DNA from: Bispira polyomma
Lineage: Eukaryota
Direction: 5' to 3'
Length of the DNA: 64,000 nucleotides
NCBI GenBank assembly: GCA_965649765.1
Contig: OZ287752.1
Location: forward strand, 55,552,001-55,616,000
Under the pieces are notes generated by a model. The model ran no database searches. It saw only the letters and a program-made list of their open reading frames with translations, and had not been told where the DNA came from. Each line of letters begins with the position of its first letter. Positions within the stretch are counted from its first letter, which is position 1. A program made the translations under genes and the position numbers. Of this stretch, positions 36,631 through 49,964 are shown piece after piece.

Positions 36631-37279
36631 CAGTAATTTTTCAGGTGAAATCTCAATCATTCCCTCCAACTTTTGTAGTTGTCGGATGTAACCTTGGCAC
36701 AGACATCTAAGTTGGGAACTTCCTAGTAGACTTATCTACTGAAGTCCAGTGTTTTACAGAAATAATGACATGGTACCTGTAATGGCTTATATTTTATTTG
36801 CCTGTTTTGTATTCAATTTATTATGTTGATAATGTTGATTTTAAAAATGGCTTGAGAAAGCTTACTTTATTGTGATTACTGTGCTTTTTTTCAACAAAAT
36901 TCGTTAAGGCACAGCTAAGATATATACAGTTTAATAAGGGTGCCCATTTTTACTTCCTGGGGTCTAAACTGTGACGTAGCTACAAAACTGACGTCATTAT
37001 GACGTTGCTGTGATGTATTTTACGTAGTAGAAAGGGAAGTTAAAAGGGGTACCCGTCTATAAACTTAAATATCTGAGCCGTTTCTTAACGAATTTTGTTT
37101 GAGAAAGAAGCATTGTAATCACAATAAAATAAGCTTTCTCACGCCATTTTTTTTAAGTCAACATCCGACGAATATTGAGTATGTATAGAATAAAAACCAT
37201 ACCTGTGATAGCATTTTTGCAGCCATTTTTGTTATAAAATCGGTTAGTCCTCCCGATTTGTTCCCTCCCTGACAGATAA

Positions 37280-37425
37280 AATCTGTTAGCCAAATAGACG
37301 TCGGCCGACGTCTGGTTGGATCTGATGTAAATATGTTGAAAGGAAGCACTTGGTTGTATTATATAGAGAGCAATAAAATCGGCCGACGTCGGCGTCAGCC
37401 GAGAAAAACATGCTGAAAGGAAGCC
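37280..37425. mobile_element. Half-copy of the MITE family at 5632-5887
   Basis: Shares TGAAAGGAAGCACTTGGTT..ATTAT..GTCGGCCGACGT..GAGAAAAACATGC.GAAAGG.AGCC. Confidence 0.65.
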
Positions 37426-38929
37426 ATTTCCATTAAATTTGTTTATTATGCAAAAATATCAAATTTTTGAATTCATCTATTAAGGTGCTTGTTTTCCGGG
37501 ATTGGATAGCCATATAACATTGTATTGTTTGTAATGAGTAGGTGTGGTGGTAGTAATGGTGTGTCCAATTATGCTATCCCCGAATACCCGTTAAACTTCT
37601 AACAACTTCAATTTCTTCCATATCATCCAATACTTTGGGGAACGACTTCCACCTCTGCTGTTTTGGGTTAGAATATCCACATCTATGCAGTAAAGTTGTT
37701 GGCAATAAACTTCCAGCACACTGAAGGTTTGCAGATCAGAAAACCTTGACCGACTACCCGGTTATAAATTATTCCACCAGTGAACTGCTCATCATGATAT
37801 GACACACAACAGTGTAGAAAGCATCATGAAAAACCCAAAACTAAACTAAACAGCATTAAAATTTAAGCAGATTTGGGCAGAAGGAATTATCTACATTTTT
37901 GTCAATGTGGCACTTGGGCGGAGGTATGCACTATGCAGCAGCATCATCCCAACTACAACTTTGTTTTCCTTATACCTTGCGCTTGGCAATTATATTTTAT
38001 AATACATTTGAAAAAACAGTCTGGAAAATATAACGTCAGATTATTTGTTTATGGAATCCAAGCTTTCCATCAGTGCTAAAAAGTACAGTCTTGGATGTCT
38101 ACGACCCATTAATCACACTTGTTTAGGTCTATATATTTTACTGCCAAAGTGTGTGGTTCTGTGAGATATGTCAGTAGACCATTTTTTTTTGGTACTACAG
38201 ACCATTCCGGTAAACAATGGGTGTGAACAAATATTGTATGAACCATACACAATCTGAAAACAATGTACTTTAAGTATAAACAAACAGAACAGATCCAATT
38301 TTATCACAATATATTTCATCATGACGTGATCATTTTGGAAATATGGTTGTAACAGCTTTCAATAAGTAATTATAGCAGAAACACATAGGGGAAAGCTGTT
38401 CAAGTCCAACATACAATTAACATAAATACCAAGTATATAGTACAAAGTTAAATTGTCCCATCGTAATAAGGTTAATTGAACAGCACAAAATTGGTACAAA
38501 TTTCCTCAGTGTGCCCAATTATATTGTTTAAAAGGACAGTTCCATAAATGCAGAATGTGGCATCTGTATACATGTTACAGTCTCCAATTCAGCCAGTCCA
38601 AAGACAGAGAAACACAAAGTACTACTATAATATCTGTACATATCCAAGAGGTTATACATGGTTACGGTTATACAACATTAAAGTTTACCATTGGTAGTTA
38701 CACATTATGGTGACCTGACCAACAGGTCACTTTAAGTTTATTTTTCGTGTTAGTGTGACCACTGAAATAATCTAAGGGGAAGTAAAACTTCAGAATGGTA
38801 TATTTCTGACCAGTGAAAGCCACACCTTAGTCATACCAACCTGAATGTCCTGAATATCTGCACAGTAACATACCAAGCCTACCAAGTTCAAATTTACTCT
38901 AACAAGCAGTGCCATTTATTATTTTCATT

Positions 38930-39300
38930 TCACATTATGCCTTTAGAAAGGAGACATCATATACATATATACTTGTTCATGTGTTGTTTGTACTCAATCA
39001 TATACTTAAACTTGTATATTCATATTACCTCAGACTAAGGCCACCCCTATTTATAAACTCAAAACAACTCAAATAAAACCTAAACTCAACTTAAGTTTAC
39101 CCTAACTTAAAACACCATCTTAAATTTAAAATGGTCTTAAACTAAGGTCATTGGCATCTTAAATTAAGATTACCCCAAACTCGTAATCTTAATTCAACTT
39201 TAGGGTAACCTTAAACTTTCAAACCTTTAAAAAAATCTCGAGTGAGGGGTGACTTTACAACCACCTTAAACCTTTGGTAGCCTTAGGTTAGAAGTATGTA
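38930..39300 (+). mobile_element. Probable relic of an Ngaro/DIRS 3' non-coding end
   Basis: Same TTAAG-nnn-CCTTAA / AAACTCAACTTAAG motif array as 36000-36180. Confidence 0.4.
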
Positions 39301-39789
39301 TATGAAACTATAATAACGTAGAATAAATGGCTATTCTCACTGTGTTAAACCAGCAACTCAAAGGTCACTGTAGGGTACTGTTACCTTTAAAGAGCTACAA
39401 TTGCATCAAATTGACTGTACAGAGTGGATTATTGGCCATCTATTGTAGGATGAAACTATTTGTTTATTCAATATTGTCAAAGTATTGAGTATTAAACAGT
39501 TATCCATTGCTTTACTTACATGAGCATCATCGCGAAATTTTAATGTGTTGGATACTGTCTCAACCAAACAAGACTTAAACAAGTATCACTCCATCCTGGG
39601 TTAGAATCTGAATTTAATGTTGAGTTGACTTTAGCAAAGTTTAGGATAGAGCTCGTGATGCACAACTAGTGGTAATTCTGCTTAAATTGTGTCAGCTTAT
39701 GGCGGGCTGTAAAACCTTTTGAAAATGTTCAAAAGTTTGATGACACGTACTTAAGGTGAGCTAAGGAAGTCATAAAAGGATGTACAGAG

Positions 39790-40200
39790 AGCGAATTAAA
39801 GGGGGTTAAGTAAGCCTTTTCCTAAAACAAGAAAGTAATTCAAGTGATCTAAGGTATACAGGAAGACTGTTCCATAACATAGGGGAAGCAAAGGGAAAGC
39901 TGTAGATACAGCCCTTTTGCTATGTTGAACAGAGGAAACAGAAAGTCTTTCTCCACTTTTAATGTTACTGTAGGAAAAACGAGGAGCAAGGTTTAAGGAT
40001 TGTTAAGAGATAACAGCTTTGAAAGTAGTTACATGGATTTTAAACAGAATACGATAATGAATGGATGGGATAGAATTGCTGACTAGCTTTAATAACATGT
40101 ATACAAGCATTTAATGCGGTGCAATTAAGTGGAATAGGAGCGTCACTACAGTTGGATCTCTGAAAGCCATATATAATAAGGCACAGCAAGGTTTTACTGC
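39790..40200 (-). mobile_element. L2 LINE 3' fragment
   Basis: The minus strand reads FASPMLWNSLPVYLR...FRKRL, with a remnant of the HWLP/YRIxFK region. Confidence 0.6.
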
Positions 40201-41080
40201 ATTGTTGAAATAGAAGTTGAAACAATTGAATTTGTACCATGAAAATAGTTGTTGATAAAATAATTGCATAAAGTTATTATGGGAAATTTCTTAAAGACTT
40301 CATCTTAAAGGCATCAATAAAAATTACAGCTGTCAAAAAAATTACTTGGTGGGTAATACTGTTGAATGTATTACTTTTGGAGTGGCACACATTAGTATTG
40401 AGCTGTGATGGAAAGTGGTCGAAGTCCACACTTTTGGATGTAAACTTATTATGTGCTTGCGAACATACCAACATGTACCTGCAGGAAACCCCAAGCGATA
40501 TCAGATCAGACACTCAGTATTTAAGGTAAGTCTCACACCTTCCCTAGTTAAAAATCCAAATTTACTGCCAATGTAACCAGCCAGGTGAAGCTCATAGTTA
40601 GAGCTCTTGATCACTTTGATGTAACATACTCTGTATACCTTGTGTCAACTCGGCTAAAATCGTGTCAGATTGTGGTGAGCTGAAAAAAATGGCAAAGCCA
40701 AGAGCCAAGCAAAGCAGAGTTTAAGAAATACCTTTCAAACCAAAAGTTTACATATTTGACACATGTTTCAAACCAGGAACAGTGTACTAAAATGCTTCTT
40801 ATGTCATGTTCGAAGCTTATAGTCTTATTTACTTTTATACCCACCACATTTATCTGACTTTGTCTGGAATTTAAAGTACTAATAAAAATTTCTTAAATAA
40901 CAAAGTACAACTGACCAGGTATTAGTAACTGACACTCTCATATCTATAGACAGACAGAAGCTTAAGCATGCCAATTTATCAACATCCCCAAGGTTCTTTA
41001 GCCTGCCATAGGGATAAGACCCTGAAACAAATGCAGGTGGGTCAACTCATGTGATTTGCATTCCTAAGTGAGGGTGTTAT

Positions 41081-41223
41081 NNNNNNNNNNNNNNNNNNNN
41101 NNNNNNNNNNNNNNNNNNNNNNNNNNNNNNNNNNNNNNNNNNNNNNNNNNNNNNNNNNNNNNNNNNNNNNNNNNNNNNNNNNNNNNNNNNNNNNNNNNNN
41201 NNNNNNNNNNNNNNNNNNNNNNN
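41081..41223. other. Assembly gap (143 N)
   Basis: Run of N inside the LRR locus. Confidence 1.
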
Positions 41224-41738
41224 NTGTTGGTTTGAATGACACTAGCCTAAATACAAGTGTCATAAGTAACCAAGTGATTGAACTAACTGCTTTCGTCCTG
41301 GCGTACAATCAGCTGACCAAGGTAAGATATGTCTATCATTGTCTTTAACAAAAATCCAGACTTAAGTGTAACAAATTGAATTTGGTCATAAGGTATGCAA
41401 TAATTGTATCTTTCAGTCTATTCTACACAGAACAACACCCAAGATTTGTACCACTTTGTACAGATTTAAACATTAACTGCTATTTGATATAACCATGAAA
41501 AATATTTCCACCATACAATAAACAATTAAATAAATTTGACACCCAAACTTTGTCCCAAAAAGCAATATAGTGAAATTGGGTTGTGTTGTGGTTAATGATA
41601 TGCGACAATAATGATACCATTGACTAACATGGTTTCTAATGATCACACGTTGTGTTGCACAAACAGTAACCTGCTGCAAACTTTTATAGTTTTTGATTGA
41701 ATATACAGTAATAATTATGTTAGACATAAAATAGGTTA

Positions 41739-44700
41739 AATGGTGGTTCCACTATGCCGATTTGGTCCCCGGCCTTCCCGATTTTCAGGTTCAGGGCGTG
41801 TCCGTATAGGTCCAAGGGTGAAAACTCGGCAAACATGGTAGTCGCGAAGATTATTAAAAATGTTCAATATTTTAAAAAAGTCCCCCATCTCTAAAAATAG
41901 GAAGGTCGGTATCGCCAAATAAGTTCGATCAGGTTGTCATTACGTTCTGTTTGATAGCTCTTATCTCACTCCAGGCCTGTTCTAACAGTGGCTTGTTCAA
42001 ACGTATAGGTCGGGGGCCGAAAACGGGGTGAACGGGTGGTATGAGGAGGCTGAGGCAGTTTTAGTACAGACTTCAAGGCCTAATCTAATCTAATCATACT
42101 TTTATAGCACTTAACCTTAACTTAACCAACAAATTTGAAGCTGCAGCTAAGCTAAGCATTAATCAAAAAAAAAATCAGAAATGGGGGATGGATGGTGGTC
42201 ATAACCAGAAAGACTACCGGGATGGTTGTGATGGCTAGGCCTGTTCGAAAAGGTAGGCTTTCAGCCTATTCCTAAAAGAGAAGAACGTTTGAGCCAAGCG
42301 AACATGATCAGGCAGGCTGTTCCTTATGAACGGGCCATCATGAGCAAGGCAATGATTAAAATGTACTTTGGATTTGTGGATGCGAGCGTCGAAAGTGAGA
42401 ATATTTAGATACAATTTATCAGAGTTACTGCACCTAGTCCTGACTGAGCATGTATATTTGGATAGATGGGGGCTGAAATAGATGGGGGATCCAGAATTTA
42501 GAAATTTGTATATAATTGTTGCAGTTTTGAAAGCAACACAATTTTTTATTGGGAGCCAGTGGAATGACTTGAGTACAGGAGTAATATGAGAAAATTTAGA
42601 AGTTTTTGCCACAATGCAAGCCAAAGAGTGTTGAACGTTCTAAAGGCGTTTGAGGTCACTACAACATAGCGATGGAAGAGAGAGTTGCAGTAATCAAGCC
42701 TACTGCTGACCAAGGCATTGGCAATAGTGATTGCATGTGGATTTGGTTAGATAATGTTGAATTCGCCTGAAATCACGGAGGCCAACAAAACATGATCCGC
42801 GCATGGATGCAACATAGTTGGAGAAGGAGAATCCGAGTCGAACAACACGCCAAGGTTGCGTACTTTGTCAGCTAGGAAAAGCCTGCTGTCAAGAATACTA
42901 ACTGGGAAACAGCTGGACAGTTTTTCCCGTTGCGACTTTGAGCCAAACAAAATAATCTCAGTCTTATCAGGGTTCAGCTTGAGTTTATTTGCTGCCATCC
43001 AGTGTTGTACATCGACAAGGCAGTTCTATAAGGAGGTGAAAGCTGCCTGGGCAGAATCGGGTGTGAGGTGGATGTACAATTGGATATCATCCGCATTGAA
43101 GTGAAAGTTTATATTTTTGTATGCAGCCATGAACTGGCTGCGTGGAGTGGTGTACATTGAGAACAAAATAGGACCCAGGACTGAACCCTAGGAAACTTTT
43201 TAACCATGTAGGGTCGGACGAGATGTTGCCAATTTTGACCGATTGAAATTTCTCAGACAAATATGCCGTGAAACATTTAAGTGCAGTACCGCTGATACCA
43301 AACCAAGATGATAGGCACTAAAGAAGAACTTTGTGATCAATAGTATCAAATGCCGCCGACAGATCCAGCAGTACTAAGGCAGTAGGCATACCTTTGGATA
43401 AAGATATATGAACGTCATTTTTGATGCAGAGTAGTGCAGTCTCTGTAGAATGACCCCTTCTGTACGTTGACTTATACTTATTGTAAAGATTACTAACATC
43501 GAGATGTTGTTTGATCTGTAAGACGACCGCACGTTCAACCAACTTAGAGATATAGCAAAGGCCTGAGACAGGATGATAGTTTTTCGAATCAGCCTTTGGA
43601 AGAGAAGATTTTTTTATTAAAAGAGTGACAATGGTTTTTTAAAAATCATTTTGAAAGACGCCATTGACCAATGAGAGGTTAACAAGTTTGGTGATTGAGG
43701 GCAATAAAATGTCAATACATTCCTTAACAAGGAATGTAGGCCACGGATCTAACAAGCTAGATGTTACGGGTGCTGTAAGTATAATCTTTCTGACCTCATC
43801 AACAGATATTGTGAAGAAATAGTTGAAGATGGTTGGTGGAGCTGATGGTAAAGGAGCATTTGGGCAGATAATATAAATCTATCACGGATCCTAGTAATTT
43901 TATCAGTAAAAAATGTTTGCCAGTGATTTACTATTGCTGTTTTCGTGTAGTATAGTCTGTTTTTTTCTGGTGTAGGGTGCTGTTTAATTTCTCCCAGAGT
44001 TTCTTGGAGTCGCCCTCACTTACTGTGATCAGTTGGTGTAGTATACACGTTTGGCATCATTGATAGTGTTATTGCACCTGGTGATGCATTTGTGTAGTCG
44101 TGATCTGTTTATGGTAGTATTGTTTCGGCGCCATGTCAGTTCAGCTTGTCTACGCAGCATCTTCAACTCCCGGTACATACCAGTGATCAACTAAAGTGCA
44201 GGCTTCTTCAATGTCTTGGACTTACATGGAGCATGGCATTCTAAGAGAGATTGTAGATCAGCACAGTACTGCGTGTATAGATCCATTGCATTATCAGCAG
44301 GAGACTTGACGAAGGCCATATCAGCCAAGTTTCGTCTAAGGTATGACATATTGATTTTATGAAATTGACGAAAGTGATTTGTGTGACAGCAAAAGATTGC
44401 GGGTAGGGAGCATCAAGTTCGCAGGATATTGAGAAATGATCGCTGATGTGATCAATGTTTTTTTATATTTCTGATACCATTGAAATCAGTAGGAGTAAGC
44501 AGGCAGTCTAGTGTATGCCCATGAATATGGGTAGGGAAGTTTATGTGTTGGATAAGGTTGCAAGATTCCAGAACAGTAGAGAAGCGATTACTATTACTAG
44601 ATGCAGTGTCTATGTGGATATTAAAATCACCACAGAATATAGTATGAGAGGGTAACGAGCAAGTGAACCAGAAAAAAGGTCGATCATGGTCGGTGTTCCG

Positions 44701-44855
44701 TCAGAACGGGAGACAATCAGTTCAATTGGGAAGGTCGCCCCACATTTTCATTTTTCCATCCAAAATATTAAATTCATTGATTTTTTTACTCCAACCGCCT
44801 CGATCTCAAAAACTGGCCCATTTTGCCAATCGAACTTGAATATGGAACCACCACT
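41739..44855. mobile_element. Harbinger MITE interrupted by an L2 LINE
   Basis: TIRs AATGGTGGTTCCA / TGGAACCACCACT; TTA target duplication at 41736-41738 and 44856-44858; the two halves are colinear with the copy at 49965-51263. Confidence 0.85.
42079..44675 (-). mobile_element. L2 LINE (partial APE + RT), frameshifted, (GATTA)n tail
   Basis: ORFs 42235-42624, 42747-42998 and 43318-43542 (LVLLDLSAAFDTIDH, NKLKLNPDKTE, HITPVLKSFHWLPI). CGDFNIH and HGHTLD endonuclease motifs lie near 44500-44640. The tail TAATCTAATC is at 42081. Confidence 0.9.
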
Positions 44856-45339
44856 TTAAAGACAATAATTATTTTGGTTTTCATAATGTATTATTAAATT
44901 TTGTTTATGACTAAAAATTCATATTTGTGTTTTAGATTCCTGATGTGACCATGCTCAATTTAACCTTGCAGTATCTGTCATTAGCAAATAACCATTTAAC
45001 ACATGTTAACTTGAATTACTTCACTAATTTTCCACAACTAAGTATGCTGAATTTCAACTATAGTAATATTGTTAATGTAACACTCTCTCAACCAATAGCA
45101 GTGTCTGAATTACAGTTCACAATCAATAAACTGACCGAGAAAGATATGAATTTACTTCCTCAGATATGATTAAATTGGATTTGAGTTCAAATCCACTGAT
45201 CAATGTTATTGCTGCAAATACAGCAATCACTGTACAGGCTCTGTACATAAATGACATACAGTCACATGTCACATCAGACATAACAATCAATATCACCCAT
45301 TTAGAAATGTATAGCTCATCTGCAAGTGATTTTACTTCA

Positions 45340-47298
45340 CCCGGTGCAACAACACTATAAATGACTCAAAACGTGCCTACTATGCCAACATGATATCACA
45401 AAGCGAGGGTGACCGGAAGAAACTTTGGCAAAAACTAAATAGCACCCTCCACCGTAAAAAACAGACTATACTACCCGAAAATTCCAATAGCAAATCACTG
45501 GCAAACATTTTTAGTACTTTTTTCACTGATAAAATTATCAGAATCCGTGACGGTTTTACATTAGCTGCTCCAAATGCCCCTTTACCAACAGCTCCACCAA
45601 CCGTCTTTAACTGTTTCTCCACAGTAACTGTTGATGAAGTCAGGAAAATTATACTGGCATCACCCGTAATATCTTGCTTGCTAGATCCGTGGCCCACATT
45701 CCTTGTCAAAGAATGTATTGACAATTTATTGCCCTCAATCACAAAACTTATCAACCTCTCGTTGATAAATGCCGTCTTTCCAGATGATTTTAAAAAGGCT
45801 ATTGTCACTCCTTTAATAAAAAAACCTTCTCTTTCAAAGGCTGACTTGACCTGTCTCAGGCATTTGCTATATCTCTAAGTTGGTAGAACGCGCGGTTGCC
45901 TTACAGATCAAACAACATGTTGACGTCAGCAATCTGTCCAAGTATCAGTCAGCGTACAAAAGTGGTCATTCTACTTAGACTGCACTTCTCTGCATCAAAT
46001 ATGATGTTCATACATCTTTATCCAAAGGTATGCCTACTGCCTTAGTACTGCTGGATCTGTCAGCAGCCTTTGATACTATTGATCACAAAGTTCTTCTTGA
46101 GTGCCTATCGTCTTGGTTCGGTATCAGCGGTATGGCGCTTAAGTGGTTCACGGCATATTTGTCTGATAGATTCCAATCAGTCAAAATTGGCAATATCTTA
46201 TCCGACCCAACATGGTTAAAATTTGGTGTTCCCCAAGGTTCCGTCTTGGGTCCCATTTTGTTTTCCATGTACACCACTCCACTCATACAAAAACATAAAC
46301 TTTCACTTCTATGCTGATGATACCCAACTGTACATCTACCTTACACCTGACTCTGCCCAGGCAGCTTTCACTTCTTTACAAAACTGCTTTGTCGATGTAC
46401 AACACTGGATGGCAGCAAATAAACTGAAGCTGAACCCTGAGAAGACTGAGTTTATTTTGTTTGGCTCCAAGTTGCAACGGGAAAATTTGTCCAGCTGTTT
46501 TCCACTTTACATTCTTGGCAGCAGGTTTTTTCCAGCTGACAAAGTACGAAACCTGGGTGTGGTGTTCGACTCGTAGATCATGTTTTGTTGGCCTCCGTGA
46601 TTTCAGGCGGATTCGACGCTATCTTTCCAAATCCACTGCAATCACTGTTGCCAATGCTTTGGTCAGCAGCAGGCTTGATTACTGCAACTCTCTGTTCCGT
46701 TCCTTATCTCATAGTGATCTCAGACGCCTTCAGAATATCCAACACTCATTGGCACGTATTGTGACCAAAACTTCTAAATTTTCCCACATTACTCCTGTAC
46801 TCAAGTCACTGCACTGGCTCCCAATAAAATATCGTGTTGCTTTCAAAACAGCAACAATAATATATAAATTTCTAAATTCTGGATTACCCACTTATTTTAG
46901 CCCCCATCTATCCAAATATACATGCTCAGTCAGGACAAGGCGCAGTAACCCTGATAAATTATACCTTAACATTTCCACTTTCGACCCTCGCATCCACAAA
47001 TCCAAAGTTCAGTTCAATCACTGCCTAGCTCATGATGGCCCCCTCATTTGGAACAGCCTACCTGATCATGTTCGTCTGGCTCAAACTTTCTCCTCTTTCA
47101 GGAGTAAGCTGAAGGCCTATCTTTTTGAACAGGCATTTTCACCTTAGCCGTCGCAACCCTTTACGGTAGTCTCCCTGGTTATGACTTTCATCCGCCCACT
47201 ATTTTTGATTTTCGATTAACGTTTTGAGTTTGTTGCGCCTTAGAATTTGTTGTACAAAGATTAAGCGCTATAAAAGTACGATTAGATTAGATTAGATT
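45340..47298 (+). mobile_element. 5'-truncated L2 LINE of the same family, inserted in an LRR exon
   Basis: ORFs 45390-47147 (LDLSAAFDTIDH, GVPQGSVLGP, YADD, SRLDYCNSL, HWLP) and an (ATTAG)n tail at 47281-47298. Removing it rejoins the LRR frame as SDFTS|FEMRNF. Confidence 0.92.
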
Positions 47299-47934
47299 CA
47301 TTTGAAATGAGAAATTTTTCACACTTAAGAAACTTGACTACATTATATTTGAGTGAAAACCTTATTGCTGACATACAACCCATGCCCTTTGTAATGACCC
47401 TGCCAAAACTGCTGGACACTGGACCTCCAAAGTTGTCACCTGGCCGGTGTCTTACATCTCACAATTAGACATTAGATCACCTAAATGAACTGTATTTAAA
47501 TCATAACTTAATAACGGAAATGGACCTACAATTCTACATAAAAGCAACACCAACACTGACATATCTGAACATGAATGATAACTTCATAACAAAGGTTTGT
47601 TCTTAATTTTATCATGTGGTTATGATACATAGTTTGGGCAGGGAAATGAAAAAAGTAAATATAATAAGTGTAAAATATTGTTTTTGTTTATGATTGGCTA
47701 GTCCAATAGTAAAACTAAAAAAGGTTCTTTTTATTGCATGTAAGTGATTTACAGGTCACTTGGATGTCACAAACTTGCTGAAATATTTAAACTTAGTGAA
47801 CGGTGTCTTTGAGGGATGCAAAATGTGTTATATTACCCAGTATAAATGAAGTTCATATCTGTGATCAATATTCCAAATTTTATACTATATAAAAAGTGGA
47901 TAATAAAATTGAAACAACGCTGGAAATGTGCCAT

Positions 47935-48180
47935 AACATATGGGCAGCAACTGAAAAAGCTCTACATCCAGCCCTATTGGTAGGTTTTACCGAGGCAACA
48001 GAAAAGTCTCATTTCCCTTTTAAGATTACTGAAAAAAGACAAGTAGCAAGGTAGGAGTGTTGTTGAGAGACAACCGCTTTGAAAGTGATACCAGATTTGA
48101 ACAAAATTTTATAATGGATAGGAAGCAAATGTAATTTTTTGAGGTACAGAGAGACATCATTACGGATACCCAGATGAATA
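47935..48180 (-). mobile_element. L2 LINE 3' fragment
   Basis: The minus strand reads LYLKKLHLLPIHYKILFK...RAFSVAAHMLW. Confidence 0.6.
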
Positions 48181-49964
48181 ATTACTACATAGATGGTTTT
48201 GTATGAACTGTAATTTTTTTTGTATATTTAATTTTCATATATGCTACATAACAGAAGTGATTCAGTTGGTATGTAACAATAGTTAAGTGCATTTTAAGTT
48301 ATATTCTTTGTTACAGATCACTTTTCCTACAAATGGATCTTACCACCACACACGGAATACCCTAAATGTGCAAAACAATCTCATAGAATCGCTGAAAAAC
48401 TACTGACACTCACACTTCAGCCAAAAGTCCACCTCCTTTACCATTAGGTTATCCAACACAAACGTCAGGTGTGATGCTTGTATGCATTGGCTGATAAGCT
48501 GTCCCTATTGTGTATATAGAGATGAACTTCTCTGTGCTACAGTTTGTGGACTCCGTGGAATGACTTTAACTGCTGCCTCACCATACTTGTTAGACTCTCC
48601 TTGCATGAGTGAAACAAGTAAGTTTGTAAGTACATGTGTCACTAAGAAATAGCCTACACTGATACATGCCTAAAATGAGTATGCAAACTGTGGTGTGATA
48701 TAGAGTTCTTTTTTTAGGCGGTCCTAATATTACAAAGAAGTGAGCTAGAGAATATTCAAACAACACAGCTCAATCATCTGAAAAATTGTTTAAAACATAT
48801 TATTTAAAAGTACTATACCTAAGCTTAAATGTAATGTTTCTGCAACTGTTATGGTTCAGATATGTATGCTGTGGTGATATTTGCTATGAAAGAAAAGCAA
48901 AAAAAAATCATTGTTGGATCGATGAGAAGTCAACAATATGTAGTGCAAAAAAATCATAAAATAAAAGAATTTATAGCTGTTGTATCACAGAGTGAAAAAC
49001 TGTCTATGAATTATATATTAGTATAGAGTTTGCATGGAGTAAATTTCATTGTTTACTTTCTTGCAGAAAATCCTGTTTTACAGAATTCTGTTTTACAGAA
49101 ATATAGATACTATTGATAAATAAGAATTCCATAATATTTCATTCAGGATCATAATCTTTTAGGTGATATGCCTATGTTTAAATCTAAAAATTCACTATTT
49201 TCATTGAACATTTGATCTAACCTTAAGGTTAAAAGAAATGTATCCATAAAAGTATTCACAATATTTAGTGGGAATGCAGAAAACGCACTTCTTAAAGTGT
49301 TTTGTGATATATGAAACAGGCTAGTTTGAAATATAACATTAAATTTCATTTGATGAAAATTTGATATTATTTCAGATCAACCTTCACTCTTTGTTGTGAA
49401 AATACCAAGTTCAAGTCAGAATCCCATGATGTCTGTGGAAACCACCAGGGGGATCCAACAATGTCAGTGAAAGCTAAACTATCACATGCAGGATCATTTG
49501 ATTACAATGATGCATCAAATACTTGTGATATTTATATTGATGATGGTGGAAAGTTTGGACTCGCATAACCAAAGAACAATATCAAAAATAATTTTACTGT
49601 GGATGCACAGAAATAGATAAATGACTACGAAAACAACAATATTGGAAGAACTCAAAGAAGAAATCAATTGTTTGTAAATTTATACTGTTCCCCGAAATGT
49701 GGCACTATTTATATATATTTATAGTTTTCTGTAAGATAAACTAGATTGTCAATCACAACTTGTTTTAATAGATTTCATTCAGTTCAAAATAGTTTTTGTA
49801 GAATCCTTTTCTTTCTGCTAATCAAACACAATTCAATAATTAAAAACCTATTTTTACAGAATAATATATTAAGTTCATCCACACAAACATTATAAACACT
49901 GCTAAAGCACCACTGCTAAAGCACCACTGCCCACCAATTGATTTCCAAATTTAATTTTGAGTAA

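Larger units (their letters stand above)
40330..49616 (+). pseudogene. Secreted-type LRR gene (signal, LRRNT, LRRs, LRRCT, PAN/apple-like C-terminus), disrupted
   Basis: Exon 40330-40525: WWVILLNVLLL..SCD..CAC..YLQETPSDIRSDTQYL. Exon ending 41321: FVLAYNQLTK. Exon 44936-47594, split by L2: LQYLSLANNHL, LDLSSNPL, LTTLYLSENLI, LNELYLNHNLI, LTYLNMNDNFI. Exon 48317-48617: NVRCDACMHWL...LLC..LRGMTL...C, with TGA at 48404. Exon 49376-49616: GIQQC...SFDYNDASNTCDIY. Frameshifts and stops present. Confidence 0.8.

Noticed and set aside
37480-38320. Possible decayed glycosyltransferase-like (GT32) retrogene on the minus strand
   Set aside because: Only vague motif echoes across many stops, with a HINE-like end at ~37915; not supportable by eye.
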